In this document: positions 51,814 to 60,867 of the stretch, piece by piece
How the letters are laid out: each line of letters opens with the position of its first letter
How positions within the stretch are numbered: position 1 is the first letter of the stretch
Origin: Escherichia phage vB_Eco_mar003J3
Length of the DNA: 64,000 bases
Sequence record: NC_048203.1
Direction: 5' to 3' (one strand)
Translations under genes and position numbers: made by a program
The notes under the pieces: model-generated
Seen by the model: the letters and a program-made list of their open reading frames with translations, nothing else
What the model was told of the DNA's origin: nothing
Database searches by the model: none

Positions 51814-52166
51814 TAATCTTTCCTATTTGTAATGGGTGGATAGTAAACTAAGCAACGTTTTTCTTGTAAATCTTGACGATAGAAGCAAACCATACCAGTC
51901 AGTCGTGAAATGTAAGAGTAAACTGCTTCCTCACATTTTGCTTTTGCATTCCAATCTTTGTAAGGTACAACAACTACTACGCCATCTTCACCATTTGTAG
52001 CTAATTTCTTTTCGAATTTGAAATCAAAACTACACGGCTGAAGTCCTTTAGGCCAATCTACATGAGCTTGCTTTAACTCATGGGATGGCTCCGGTTTTAT
52101 TTCTTCTGCACAGCCTGTGATTGTGATTGCGGCTGCAAGCAGTACTCCAAGTTTCCAGTTAAACAC
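51813..52166 (-). CDS. outer-membrane spanin (lipoprotein) candidate
   Basis: 117 aa; lipobox ITGC; overlaps 3' end of preceding coiled-coil gene. Confidence 0.45.
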   Translation of the reverse strand: MFNWKLGVLLAAAITITGCAEEIKPEPSHELKQAHVDWPKGLQPCSFDFKFEKKLATNGEDGVVVVVPYKDWNAKAKCEEAVYSYISRLTGMVCFYRQDLQEKRCLVYYPPITNRKD

Positions 52167-52540
52167 GCTAATCTTTCCTCGAACTCTTTATTCTGCTTTT
52201 TAGCAATTAATGTTACCAATCCAGGCTTTGCAGCGATAATATCTTGACGACTAAGAGCTTTATCTAACTGCTTAATCTTTTTGTCTAGATCTGCTTGCGA
52301 AATATTATTCATTGTGAAATACTGATTCATTCGAGTCTCACGAAGTTCACTCTCAGCTTTCACCTTATTAAGGGAGGTTTCTAGAGAAGAGATTTTTTTA
52401 GTAGCTACCGCAAGATCTCCCGCTAAAGTCTCCACTTTATCTACTAAGTGATAAGCACCGAATCCGATACCTATCGCAAGACCAGCTCCCAGGATATACC
52501 ACTTACCTTGCCATAGAGAACTAATAAAGTTTTTTATCAT
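52097..52540 (-). CDS. inner-membrane spanin candidate
   Basis: 147 aa; N-terminal TM then coiled coil. Confidence 0.45.
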   Translation of the reverse strand: MIKNFISSLWQGKWYILGAGLAIGIGFGAYHLVDKVETLAGDLAVATKKISSLETSLNKVKAESELRETRMNQYFTMNNISQADLDKKIKQLDKALSRQDIIAAKPGLVTLIAKKQNKEFEERLACLTGNLEYCLQPQSQSQAVQKK

Positions 52541-53217
52541 CTTTTCATATTCCTGAATGACGTAACCGTATCAAATCCATGTGCTGCTAGGCGGTCTTTA
52601 TCAGAAATGGTAATAATATCTGGTTCTCCTGTTCCAAGCACGCCCCAGATATATTGTTCAATTCTCTGGTGTAATCGATATAGGTTGCTTTCAATTTCCT
52701 GCCACGGAATACCTGATAGGTGTAGACGCGGATTAGTTATAACCTTGAAGTATTTATTGTTATCTTTATCATTTGGAACTAATGAATCTAGAACTGCTAA
52801 CGGTACTCTTAGCTCAGATAAGGCTTCTTTAGCTTTCGGGGTAACTTCATCTTGCCATGATAAGATAGACTCTTTTGGCTTCCCTCTATTTATATCTAGT
52901 AGAGAAAATCCCGTTGACCATCCATTCTCTTTCAAAACTTCTAATGCTTTGTCTAGGTTGAAAGTTTTTACTTGAGTATCCAATACATCAATATGGTACA
53001 TCCAGTAAATCTCTCCTGCTAGGAAAAACGGTAGAATTTTAAAGTAGCCTTTCTTTTCACCAACACGAGCAATCATACGTTCTTGCATAATCATGTAGTT
53101 GCCATCATCTGGAGCCTTTATTATTAGCTCTTCAGTTTTACGCTCCCAAGCACGATCGGGGTCAAACAAGCTGTTCTGCAAATCATATACATCTGCCCAT
53201 TTACTAATAATTCTCAT
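52537..53217 (-). CDS. hypothetical protein
   Basis: 226 aa. Confidence 0.5.
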   Translation of the reverse strand: MRIISKWADVYDLQNSLFDPDRAWERKTEELIIKAPDDGNYMIMQERMIARVGEKKGYFKILPFFLAGEIYWMYHIDVLDTQVKTFNLDKALEVLKENGWSTGFSLLDINRGKPKESILSWQDEVTPKAKEALSELRVPLAVLDSLVPNDKDNNKYFKVITNPRLHLSGIPWQEIESNLYRLHQRIEQYIWGVLGTGEPDIITISDKDRLAAHGFDTVTSFRNMKR

Positions 53218-53362
53218 ATTTAATCCTCTTGCCTCAATCTATAAACATATTATACAATACTTGTGGCATCTGAGCAACTGAAATTTTATTACAAAAATAG
53301 CCCAGTCGCAAAATTGCAGGCTGGGCTTTGTCATTATTATTCTTGCTAGGAGGTGATTATCA

Positions 53363-53710
53363 TCACTCTTGTTTACTTAATTCTCTAGCACGACGTAGCG
53401 ATCCCGCGGTTCTCCATAGTTTAATGTCGTCAACAACTTCTTTGTAGGGAGCAATAGTAAGACCTAGCGCCCCCGCTACCAACAGTCCAAAGAAACCAAT
53501 TACACGCATGTAAAGCAAGCATTCTTTGGGAGTCATTGACTGGACAGCCTGTCTTTCCTCAGCACTGTCGAACTCGTGTTCTTGATCGTCTAAACGTAGG
53601 TACTTAATAAACCATTCAGCAGAATATTCATCCAGATGACGAATAACTGCAATAGCATAGCCTAAACCAATAATAAACCATGCTGCTACAATGAATAAAA
53701 TAAAGCTCAT
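53363..53710 (-). CDS. membrane protein (2 TM)
   Basis: 115 aa. Confidence 0.45.
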   Translation of the reverse strand: MSFILFIVAAWFIIGLGYAIAVIRHLDEYSAEWFIKYLRLDDQEHEFDSAEERQAVQSMTPKECLLYMRVIGFFGLLVAGALGLTIAPYKEVVDDIKLWRTAGSLRRARELSKQE

Positions 53711-53826
53711 GATATCTCCAGTTAAAGTTGAGGTCAGCTACCAACTCACCACTTACCGCACTAAGGGGCACGACTCCCTTATCCGTAACAGTTGCAGGTG
53801 ACGCAACTCGGTCCTACGCGAGTTCT

Positions 53827-54111
53827 TTACTTGCTCTGCATTTCAGCGCGAAACTTTTTCATCTTACGAGTTTTACGGAAGAAGAAGTAAGTAGCTACTG
53901 GCCCGAACAAGGTGTCCATGATAAGCATACCTGACATAATGAATTTGAACATCTTTTCATCGTCAAATTCTGCTAATTCTGGTGTACGATATTTGTTTAT
54001 AACATAAAGAATAACATCTTTATTTTTAGAGATATACAGATCATCAATCAGGCTGTAAATCGCGACAACTGCACCAATAACAAACCACAAAGCAAATGGA
54101 GAGATAATCAT
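53827..54111 (-). CDS. membrane protein (2 TM)
   Basis: 94 aa. Confidence 0.45.
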   Translation of the reverse strand: MIISPFALWFVIGAVVAIYSLIDDLYISKNKDVILYVINKYRTPELAEFDDEKMFKFIMSGMLIMDTLFGPVATYFFFRKTRKMKKFRAEMQSK

Positions 54112-54401
54112 TTAAGATCCTTTTCATCAATTAGAATAGTAACAAACAATGGTACACAACCTGGGCACAAATCTTTACCAAACTTTTCCATCACATCCCA
54201 AAGTGGTAAAGTAATCACACCATTCTTAACTCTAGGATCTGTATACTCAGCTATTCGTTTATTTGCAAAATCAGTAGCTAAATCTGAGTTATGCTCGTAG
54301 CTATAATCAGTCCAGAATTTAACATGATCCTTTATAAGATATTCTAGTACAGCATCAGTTGCTGGAATCTGTACTAGACTGTTGAGATTTAGCTCTTTCA
54401 C
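54108..54401 (-). CDS. hypothetical protein
   Basis: 97 aa. Confidence 0.45.
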   Translation of the reverse strand: MKELNLNSLVQIPATDAVLEYLIKDHVKFWTDYSYEHNSDLATDFANKRIAEYTDPRVKNGVITLPLWDVMEKFGKDLCPGCVPLFVTILIDEKDLK

Positions 54402-54852
54402 GTTCTGCTCTCCGACGTTTGCGTTCTTTCATCATGTAAGCTGCTACAACTTCATGGTAGTAGTCGTTAATGTTACCTTCAGGCAAGAAATGCTTAATCG
54501 TTTCTAGCTGGCAGACAACACGGTAAAGATGTTTATTTGGTAAACATAATTTCATGCCCATAACAAATCCAGAGAAGCCTGGAACACTGAACATGGGTTG
54601 GGCTTCTACGTTGCCCTCTGGATTGATACTAAGTTCAATCGAGATGCCCATTTTCATGCTATAAAGCTGACAGCCTTCACCATTGCCAAATCTTGACCAA
54701 ACAGTGAAGTCCTCATCTATCTGATCTTGGATTTCTTCGACTGCATGTTTAATTCTAGGGTCTAAATTACTCATCTTCACCTTCAAAGCCGCAGTCATAA
54801 CGGCAAGTAAAAGAATCAGAACTATTAGTACGTTGAGTAGTGATTTCACCAC
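54355..54852 (-). CDS. hypothetical protein with N-terminal TM
   Basis: 165 aa. Confidence 0.45.
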   Translation of the reverse strand: MVKSLLNVLIVLILLLAVMTAALKVKMSNLDPRIKHAVEEIQDQIDEDFTVWSRFGNGEGCQLYSMKMGISIELSINPEGNVEAQPMFSVPGFSGFVMGMKLCLPNKHLYRVVCQLETIKHFLPEGNINDYYHEVVAAYMMKERKRRRAERERAKSQQSSTDSSN

Positions 54853-55132
54853 GTTTACTAACAGTAATAGCCGGAGTAGAGAAGTTTTTATTAGTATAGA
54901 TTTCTACTTTGCCATTACGTTCTTTAACATCACGTACTTTACCATATTCGGTGGTAATGCCGTTCTGCTGAACTTTAACATTACCATTTTTCATAGAAAC
55001 TTTGGTAGATGCCAGAGAACCGAAACTAACTGCTGAGATTACTAGAGCAATAATAAACTTATTCATCTTCATCGTCCTCTTTACAGTCACGGCATACATC
55101 ATAATCATTGAAAGAATGTTCGTGAGCTTCAC
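54767..55132 (-). CDS. secreted small protein
   Basis: 121 aa with signal peptide. Confidence 0.4.
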   Translation of the reverse strand: MKLTNILSMIMMYAVTVKRTMKMNKFIIALVISAVSFGSLASTKVSMKNGNVKVQQNGITTEYGKVRDVKERNGKVEIYTNKNFSTPAITVSKRGEITTQRTNSSDSFTCRYDCGFEGEDE

Positions 55133-55340
55133 ACCACCAAGAACAAGAATCGCACAAGAAAATTTCTGTTTTCTCTATTGCCTGTCCAAGCAGTTCGTCT
55201 GCTTCATCTTCTGTAATTTTCAAACTACAAACATCAGCAACACGTTTAACAATCATTTTACCTGCTTCATGATAAGACATACAAGTCCCAACAACATCAT
55301 GCTCAAGTACGTGAACAGCACAGTCTAGTCGAGTTTTCAT
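55059..55340 (-). CDS. Cys-rich acidic protein
   Basis: 93 aa; CDSCSWWCEAHEH...CRDC. Confidence 0.4.
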   Translation of the reverse strand: MKTRLDCAVHVLEHDVVGTCMSYHEAGKMIVKRVADVCSLKITEDEADELLGQAIEKTEIFLCDSCSWWCEAHEHSFNDYDVCRDCKEDDEDE

Positions 55341-55416
55341 TTCAAAGCCCTCTCATCAATTTATATAAATATTATATCAAAAGGAGAGGGTTTTAGCAAA
55401 TGAATTATTTACGAAA

Positions 55417-55812
55417 TTAGTCGTAGCACCACCATAACCCACGCTTACGCAGATCATGATCGCGATTATAGTCGTAATTTTCTGGATCTTTCATCACACG
55501 ATGAAGTTCGCGACGGTTTCCCTGACGAACCATTTTGTTAGAATGCCACTTAACATTCCTACTAACAGAATCCCACCAGTGCCCATCTTTCTTCTCGTTA
55601 CGGATGATATTTTCCTGAATCTCCTTCTCAATTTCATCCCAAGTTTTAGCCCATGCTTCATTGGATCGAACTTGATAATACTTCCACTGCTTACCATCCC
55701 TATCCGTGTAGGTATACGGAATACGGATATTAGTGCTATGAAAATTATAAGTAGAACGATGTGCATCACGCCAGTGACGATCACCAGATTGTTTACGATA
55801 TGTACGGCTCAT
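55417..55812 (-). CDS. basic Trp-rich protein
   Basis: 131 aa. Confidence 0.45.
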   Translation of the reverse strand: MSRTYRKQSGDRHWRDAHRSTYNFHSTNIRIPYTYTDRDGKQWKYYQVRSNEAWAKTWDEIEKEIQENIIRNEKKDGHWWDSVSRNVKWHSNKMVRQGNRRELHRVMKDPENYDYNRDHDLRKRGLWWCYD

Positions 55813-55870
55813 ATTACCTCCATTAAGTCTTTTAAATTAACTTAATGTGGGCGAACTTCAAAATATAACA

Positions 55871-56056
55871 TCAGTAATCTCCGTTGTTGTTGTATACTAC
55901 CCCACTGCTCGGGAGTTCTTCTACTGTCACATCCTCGAATTCTATAGAACTTCTATGGTTTCTAGTCAGTTCGATTGCTTCTTCTGCAGTTTCTGCAACG
56001 ACAATAGCTGTACCACCTAACCACAGGCCGCTATAGTTCACTTTAAAAATTTTCAT
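55871..56056 (-). CDS. hypothetical small protein
   Basis: 61 aa. Confidence 0.35.
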   Translation of the reverse strand: MKIFKVNYSGLWLGGTAIVVAETAEEAIELTRNHRSSIEFEDVTVEELPSSGVVYNNNGDY

Positions 56057-56120
56057 TTCGAAAATCCTACATACAAGAAAACCCCAGACTACTTATTCAA
56101 TAGCTGGGGTTTATTATTAA

Positions 56121-56420
56121 TTAGATAATTTCGACAATATCCTGAGTTACAAAACCGTCGAATTCATCAGAGATACCACCTGTAAAGGTGATGCCCATAA
56201 TCATTGCATCCATCTTTTTAATCTCCGAGATTTTAATACCTGCTTTACTATTCTTATAGTATTTGCGAGGATTCCCACACATCCAACAAGAACAGATGCA
56301 AGGAGTGGTAGTGATAATGCCTAGCCGCTTAGGACTTTCTTCGTGTGGGAAGACTGTCCAATACTTTTTGCGATTGTTTTTCACACGTTGCCGGTGATGG
56401 CGTCTTAATGCTCGATCCAC
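56121..56420 (-). CDS. zinc-finger-like small protein
   Basis: 99 aa; CICSCWMCGNPRKY. Confidence 0.4.
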   Translation of the reverse strand: MDRALRRHHRQRVKNNRKKYWTVFPHEESPKRLGIITTTPCICSCWMCGNPRKYYKNSKAGIKISEIKKMDAMIMGITFTGGISDEFDGFVTQDIVEII

Positions 56421-56501
56421 ACATTTCTCCTAAAACTTGGGAGATAAATGGAGTTTGCTCGACTACCTTGCGTAGCTGGGAGAAATCGTATCCAAACCCC
56501 A

Positions 56502-56870
56502 TTATATCGCCTGAGTAAATGTACGACTAATAACGTCGTTCTGTTGTTCACGCGTCAATGCGTTAAATCGAACAGCATAGCCAGAGACACGGATGGTCAA
56601 CTGAGGATATTTTTCAGGATGTTTCTGCGCATCCAAAAGCTGATCACGGCTTAACACATTGACATTTAGGTGCTGACCACCCTCGACTTGAGGAACCACT
56701 TCCACATCTACAATGCGAAAGGCCTCAGGGTCAAAGTGAGGTGTGATACCTTCTAGATCTTCGACTAGAACTTTCTGTTTAAGTTCACCATCTTTAGAAT
56801 ATAGTTGAATGATCTGATTGTTATGAACAATGTTAATTACGCCAGACTTAAGACTTTGATATGCTTTCAT
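56502..56870 (-). CDS. autonomous glycyl-radical cofactor (GrcA/YfiD-like)
   Basis: C-terminal [12 protein letters not shown]...[23 protein letters not shown] matches the pyruvate formate-lyase glycyl-radical motif RVSGY. Confidence 0.7.
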   Translation of the reverse strand: MKAYQSLKSGVINIVHNNQIIQLYSKDGELKQKVLVEDLEGITPHFDPEAFRIVDVEVVPQVEGGQHLNVNVLSRDQLLDAQKHPEKYPQLTIRVSGYAVRFNALTREQQNDVISRTFTQAI

Positions 56871-57242
56871 TAGATCTCCCTGATGTTAGAATTTGGCTCA
56901 GCTTTTTGTTAACCCAGAAGCAAGATAAAAACTGGAAGGCAGGCTTGCTTATTATCTAATCACTAGCTACGGTTGGGGTGCTAGCATTCCGGTGAGATTG
57001 ATGGTCTCGATTAGATAAATAAGCACTGGAACTTTGATTTTAACGTTGCGATCTTCCAGGTCTGTTGCAACTACGTGATTGCTCACGCTAAGACAATGGC
57101 TATCTAAAGTCCTAGCTTCTACATTTATACTCCTGGATAGCATGGAGTTACAGTCTACTTCCTGCTGTCACGCCCGGCCATTTATAGAATGTGGACTCTC
57201 TTCTCAGAAGGATCTGGTACAATGACCTGATCCTCTGTTTAG

Positions 57243-57315
57243 TAGTTAGTAGTGGATTTGAACCACTGTAGTCGCTCCGTATGAAGGAGGTGCATAACCG
57301 CTCTGCCAACTAACT
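57243..57315 (-). tRNA. tRNA, anticodon CAU (Met or Ile-lysidine)
   Basis: hand-folded cloverleaf; T-arm AGTGG-TTCAAAT-CCACT; acceptor AGTTAGT/ACTAACT. Confidence 0.6.
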
Positions 57316-57321
57316 ATAATT

Positions 57322-57397
57322 TGGTACTCCGACTTGGGATCGAACCAAGATTTGACGATTATCGGTCGCCTGTTCTAACCTGTTGAACTATCAGAGC
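57322..57397 (-). tRNA. tRNA-Ile, anticodon GAU (CCA encoded)
   Basis: acceptor GCTCTGA/TCGGAGT; anticodon loop CCGATAA; T-loop TTCGATC. Confidence 0.55.
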
Positions 57398-57398
57398 A

Positions 57399-57692
57399 TT
57401 ACATCATTTCATCTAAGTAAGAAGTATACTGGTATTTAGCTTCACCAGTCTTATCTACTTCTACCTCAGTTCGTGGTACTTTACGAACTAGACCATGAAT
57501 CATCTTGTACTGAATAGACTTAGATGGTTCGTGATCTTTTGGAAATACTTGTTTAACCGTTACTACTTTGAAGCCTTCACGAGGTGTTAATACAACAACT
57601 TGATCACCTTCTTTAATTTTCCAGGACTCAGGAAATTCATAAGTGTAGCGTTGACCACCAGTTTGGAACACGACAGAAAGATAACGTTTCAT
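57399..57692 (-). CDS. hypothetical protein
   Basis: 97 aa between tRNA genes. Confidence 0.45.
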   Translation of the reverse strand: MKRYLSVVFQTGGQRYTYEFPESWKIKEGDQVVVLTPREGFKVVTVKQVFPKDHEPSKSIQYKMIHGLVRKVPRTEVEVDKTGEAKYQYTSYLDEMM

Positions 57693-57767
57693 TTGGTTTC
57701 CCTCTCATTAATTTATATAAATATTATAACAAGAAATAAGAGAGAAGGCAAATGAATTTTTTAAATT

Positions 57768-57842
57768 TGGTGCTCCTACCAGGAATCGAACCCGGTTCAG
57801 ATGCTTACAAGGCAACTGCATCGCCAGCAATGCTTTAGGAGC
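57768..57842 (-). tRNA. tRNA-Thr, anticodon UGU (CCA encoded)
   Basis: acceptor GCTCCTA/TAGGAGC; loop CTTGTAA. Confidence 0.6.
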
Positions 57843-58009
57843 AATAAACCCATTATTTCAACGGGATTTCTTTTTCAAATATAGGGGACTTATCAGACAT
57901 TACTGTCATAGCCAACTGCTGTAGAAATTCGAATGAGAGTTTTAAACGTTCTTCTCCTAACTCAACCTCAACTCACTTCATTCGTTTATCTACTTTTAGC
58001 TTTAGATTA

Positions 58010-58231
58010 TCAGACATCTTCGGATTCTCGTTGCTCGGCTACTGCTAGCCAGTCTGGTAAAAGAAACTTAGTACGAAACTCTTCATAAGGTTCTTCTGGA
58101 TAAAAGCTAAAATTTGCTTTCTCATCATTCAAGATAACAGAGCCGTCAGTTTGTTCGTATGCTAGGTATGTTTCTCCAATAACAATAACTCGTTTATTGT
58201 TACTTTTATCACGAAACTCAAAAACGTGCAT
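58010..58231 (-). CDS. hypothetical protein
   Basis: 73 aa. Confidence 0.4.
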   Translation of the reverse strand: MHVFEFRDKSNNKRVIVIGETYLAYEQTDGSVILNDEKANFSFYPEEPYEEFRTKFLLPDWLAVAEQRESEDV

Positions 58232-58248
58232 AAATGTTTCCTTAAAGT

Positions 58249-58324
58249 TGGAGCGGCTAGAGGGAATCGAACCCTACTCAGCGGGGCTTGGAAGGCCTGC
58301 GGCACAACCCGTGTGCTTAACCGC
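58249..58324 (-). tRNA. tRNA, anticodon unresolved (possibly UCC or CCA); weak anticodon stem
   Basis: good acceptor and T-arm (TTCGATT), CCA encoded; anticodon arm has mismatches. Confidence 0.45.
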
Positions 58325-58332
58325 TTATTGGC

Positions 58333-58410
58333 TGGCAGGGGATATTGGATTTGAACCAATGATCTCGACTTCAAAGGCCGAAGCTTTAGACCAAGCTAAG
58401 CTAATCCCCA
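58333..58410 (-). tRNA. tRNA-Gln, anticodon UUG
   Basis: anticodon arm TCGGC-CTTTGAA-GTCGA; T-arm ATTGG-TTCAAAT-CCAAT. Confidence 0.55.
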
Positions 58411-58416
58411 ATTGTT

Positions 58417-58492
58417 TGGCTGGGATGCCACGGATCGAACGTAGAACCTTCGGAGTCAGAGGCCGACGATCTACCAATTGATCTACATCCCA
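58417..58492 (-). tRNA. tRNA-Gln, anticodon CUG
   Basis: standard numbering fits; D-stem GATC/GATC, G18G19, loop CTCTGAC, T-loop TTCGATC. Confidence 0.6.
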
Positions 58493-58499
58493 ATAATTT

Positions 58500-58700
58500 T
58501 TATTCTACAGGAACCGTGGCAATTGGATCTGGTTCTTCTAGACGTTTACCATTATGATCAACACGAATAATACCACAACCTTCACAGATTACAACAGCAC
58601 CATAGCCTTCTTTAACTTCGGCTTCTATAATCAGACCAGAAAGATCACCAGTATCTTTGCCCCACATATCGATAGAGCATTCTTTGCAGAAATCAGCCAT
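58500..58700 (-). CDS. small Cys-cluster protein
   Basis: 66 aa; FCKEC...CEGCG. Confidence 0.4.
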   Translation of the reverse strand: MADFCKECSIDMWGKDTGDLSGLIIEAEVKEGYGAVVICEGCGIIRVDHNGKRLEEPDPIATVPVE

Positions 58701-58724
58701 ATTTTAGTTCCTATATAAGTTAAT

Positions 58725-58799
58725 TGGTGCATCCTCAGGGAATCGAACCCCGATCGTAAAGTTCGTAGCTTTACATTCTTTCCATTGAAATAAGGACGC
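58725..58799 (-). tRNA. tRNA-Arg, anticodon ACG
   Basis: anticodon arm GTAAAG-CTACGAA-CTTTAC; acceptor GCGTCCT/AGGATGC; CCA encoded. Confidence 0.7.
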
Positions 58800-58805
58800 A
58801 ATATT

Positions 58806-58882
58806 TGGGGTGGCTAGTGGAATTCGAATCCACATAGGCCTGATTCACAATCAGGATCATTAACCAATTATGATATAGCCAC
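58806..58882 (-). tRNA. tRNA-His, anticodon GUG
   Basis: acceptor GTGGCTA/TAGCCAC; anticodon arm CCTGA-TTGTGAA-TCAGG; T-arm GTGGA-TTCGAAT-TCCAC. Confidence 0.7.
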
Positions 58883-59216
58883 AATTGAAAACTCGCAGGG
58901 TTAGCGAAACCATCCTCAAATAGCATTTTCTAGAATACTAATCAAGTTATCCCCTATTGCACGAAGCTCAAGACGAGTACGAATTTTCAATTGTGGCGGC
59001 TCTCCGAAACTCTTCCCACTTACAACTAGTTGATTACTCCTAGATTGTCGCCCAGGAAATTCTCTAGAAAGGAGCACCGTTACTCTTTGAGCCATTGAGG
59101 TGGGATAGTCTCTTATCTCTACTAACTACTTGATCCTTACAATCAGTCGGTTAGCACGAGCAGCGACTCTTCATATATAATTTATAGTGCTCAGAAGGTC
59201 ATTAGAAGCACTTATC

Positions 59217-59300
59217 AAGAAGCAGAAGGACTCGAACCTTCACGAGATAGACCATTTATCTCAGCCTCGTTTTCGGGTATCTTATGAGGAGTGGATGTTC
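59217..59300 (-). ncRNA. tRNA-like element (T-arm GAAGG-TTCGAGT-CCTTC plus 6-bp hairpin), cloverleaf not resolved
   Basis: no complementary 5' acceptor strand found by eye. Confidence 0.3.
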
Positions 59301-59379
59301 CCCTTACGCCCTTTAGGAAGCCCCGTCTACCGATTCCGGCATACTTCAAGATTCTGCTAGTCCGAGTCATGCTATAGCA

Positions 59380-59721
59380 TCAAATGCTCGGTGTTAGTGG
59401 TTTCCAAAGTTTAGCAAACTTTAAAACATTTGGTATATCGTTAGAACTTACTGGCATAACTACTAAACAGCTGGGTTCTGCGTTACAAATAGTACGCTCA
59501 AATCCTTTACTACACTCTAGCGTAGACAGAATCTTCTTAAATTCTTTCTTGTTAACCTTAATAACTACCTTAAAGAAGCAGTTGTCAAACCAATCCTTAT
59601 ATCTAGGATCATCCTGAAATTTAACATGAGCATTTAAAACAGAGTGTGCCACTAGAGTCGGCACCATATAATCAGGGGCTTCATCTAATACTGCAATATA
59701 CATCTTACTATAAGTACTCAT
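59380..59721 (-). CDS. hypothetical protein
   Basis: 113 aa. Confidence 0.45.
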   Translation of the reverse strand: MSTYSKMYIAVLDEAPDYMVPTLVAHSVLNAHVKFQDDPRYKDWFDNCFFKVVIKVNKKEFKKILSTLECSKGFERTICNAEPSCLVVMPVSSNDIPNVLKFAKLWKPLTPSI

Positions 59722-59737
59722 ACTGTTCCTTATAATT

Positions 59738-59827
59738 TGGAGGAAGGTAATGGAGTCGAACCATCACCATATCGCTACAGCGGGCAGGTTTTCAAGACCT
59801 GTTACATACCACTATGTCCTACCTTCC
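59738..59827 (-). tRNA. tRNA-Ser, anticodon UGA (type II, long variable arm)
   Basis: acceptor GGAAGGT/ACCTTCC; anticodon arm CAGGT-CTTGAAA-ACCTG; 90 nt. Confidence 0.7.
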
Positions 59828-59834
59828 AGTTGTT

Positions 59835-59924
59835 TGGCGGAAGAAGAGAGATTCGAACTCTCAAGCCGTTTTACCAGTCAGCCACTTTCCAAGCGGTTTT
59901 CGTCACCTATCGATTTGCTCTTCC
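59835..59924 (-). tRNA. tRNA-Ser, anticodon GGA (type II)
   Basis: acceptor GGAAGAG/TTCTTCC; loop TTGGAAA; T-arm GAGAG-TTCGAAT-CTCTC; 90 nt. Confidence 0.65.
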
Positions 59925-60098
59925 GTAGATCTCAGGATTAAATCATAAACTTCATTAGCGGATACTGGAAGTATGAGATTATACATCTTTTGGTCATACC
60001 TCTGACCATACTCTATAAACACATACTCTTTAGTTAATGTATTAACAGCTAACCAGATATCAGTTATAGGAGTTTTCATCATGAGTTAATCCAATGTT

Positions 60099-60179
60099 TG
60101 GTAGGGATGGAGGGACTCGAACCCACACCCGAAGACTAGAACCTAAATCTAGCGCGTCTGCCAATTTCGCCACATCCCC
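60099..60179 (-). tRNA. tRNA-Leu-like, anticodon UAG, 9-nt variable region
   Basis: anticodon arm CTAGA-TTTAGGT-TCTAG; acceptor GGGGATG/CATCCCT. Confidence 0.55.
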
Positions 60180-60186
60180 ATTTTAT

Positions 60187-60405
60187 TTAGTTAGAAATAA
60201 ATAGTAACCCTGCAACAATGGAACCTATGCCACTGAATACCATTATCAGCATAGCTTCTAAGCTGATAAAGCGGACGTTATATGGAGCGCCCCAAGAATA
60301 ATCAGTAAAGAAAGTTTTCTTTTCTTTAGCTAAATCTTTAATAGTTCTAAAATAGATAGCTAGTGCTAAAGCTGCAAGAACTACAGAGGCTGCTAAGAAT
60401 ATCAT
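60187..60405 (-). CDS. small membrane protein (2 TM)
   Basis: 72 aa. Confidence 0.45.
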   Translation of the reverse strand: MIFLAASVVLAALALAIYFRTIKDLAKEKKTFFTDYSWGAPYNVRFISLEAMLIMVFSGIGSIVAGLLFISN

Positions 60406-60424
60406 ATTATTTCCTTAATTTGTT

Positions 60425-60500
60425 TGGTGGAGTCACTCAGAATTGAACTGAGTTCCACTGCTTGCAAGGCAGTAAGTTTAACCAAATAACCTATGACCCC
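60425..60500 (-). tRNA. tRNA-Ala, anticodon UGC (G3-U70 present)
   Basis: acceptor GGGGTCA/TGACTCC; anticodon arm ACTGC-CTTGCAA-GCAGT. Confidence 0.7.
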
Positions 60501-60505
60501 GAATT

Positions 60506-60584
60506 TGGTGGAGAATAAGAGATTCGAACTCTTCTGATATCCTCGGTGCAAGCGAGGTGTCCACTCCAAGCAGACCCATTCCCC
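60506..60584 (-). tRNA. tRNA with anticodon UGC and G3-U70 (second Ala-like tRNA)
   Basis: acceptor GGGGAAT/ATTCTCC; anticodon arm CCTCG-CTTGCAC-CGAGG. Confidence 0.55.
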
Positions 60585-60867
60585 AAAATCTTTAAGTTTA
60601 CTAAGGCTATTAGCTCGGTGTGCGTATTACCCTCAGACATTAGCCAGTAGAGGATAACCGCTCTTCACAAACCCGATACACTATTCAGTTGCCGCTGAAT
60701 CTAGTGGACTAATCTAGAACTTATTGCAAAGTATCCCCCGCCATTAAGGGTCTAATTGCAATTGTGCTTTTTGGCAGCCAGTCCTAGGTCGAGCTAATAC
60801 CTTAGTGAACTTTGATGAGGATTTCTCCTCATCAATTTATATAAATATTATAACAAGAAATTAAGCA

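Noticed and set aside
56880-57240. Possible additional tRNA or small RNA upstream of the tRNA array
   Set aside because: No T-arm or acceptor pairing could be found; left unannotated.
58197-58481. Plus-strand ORF overlapping three tRNA genes (also 59737..59928 and 59750..59941)
   Set aside because: These are open frames created by tRNA sequence on the opposite strand.
59050-59075. Possible amber-suppressor tRNA anticodon loop (TTCTAGA)
   Set aside because: Flanking bases do not form an anticodon stem and there is no T-arm or acceptor stem nearby.
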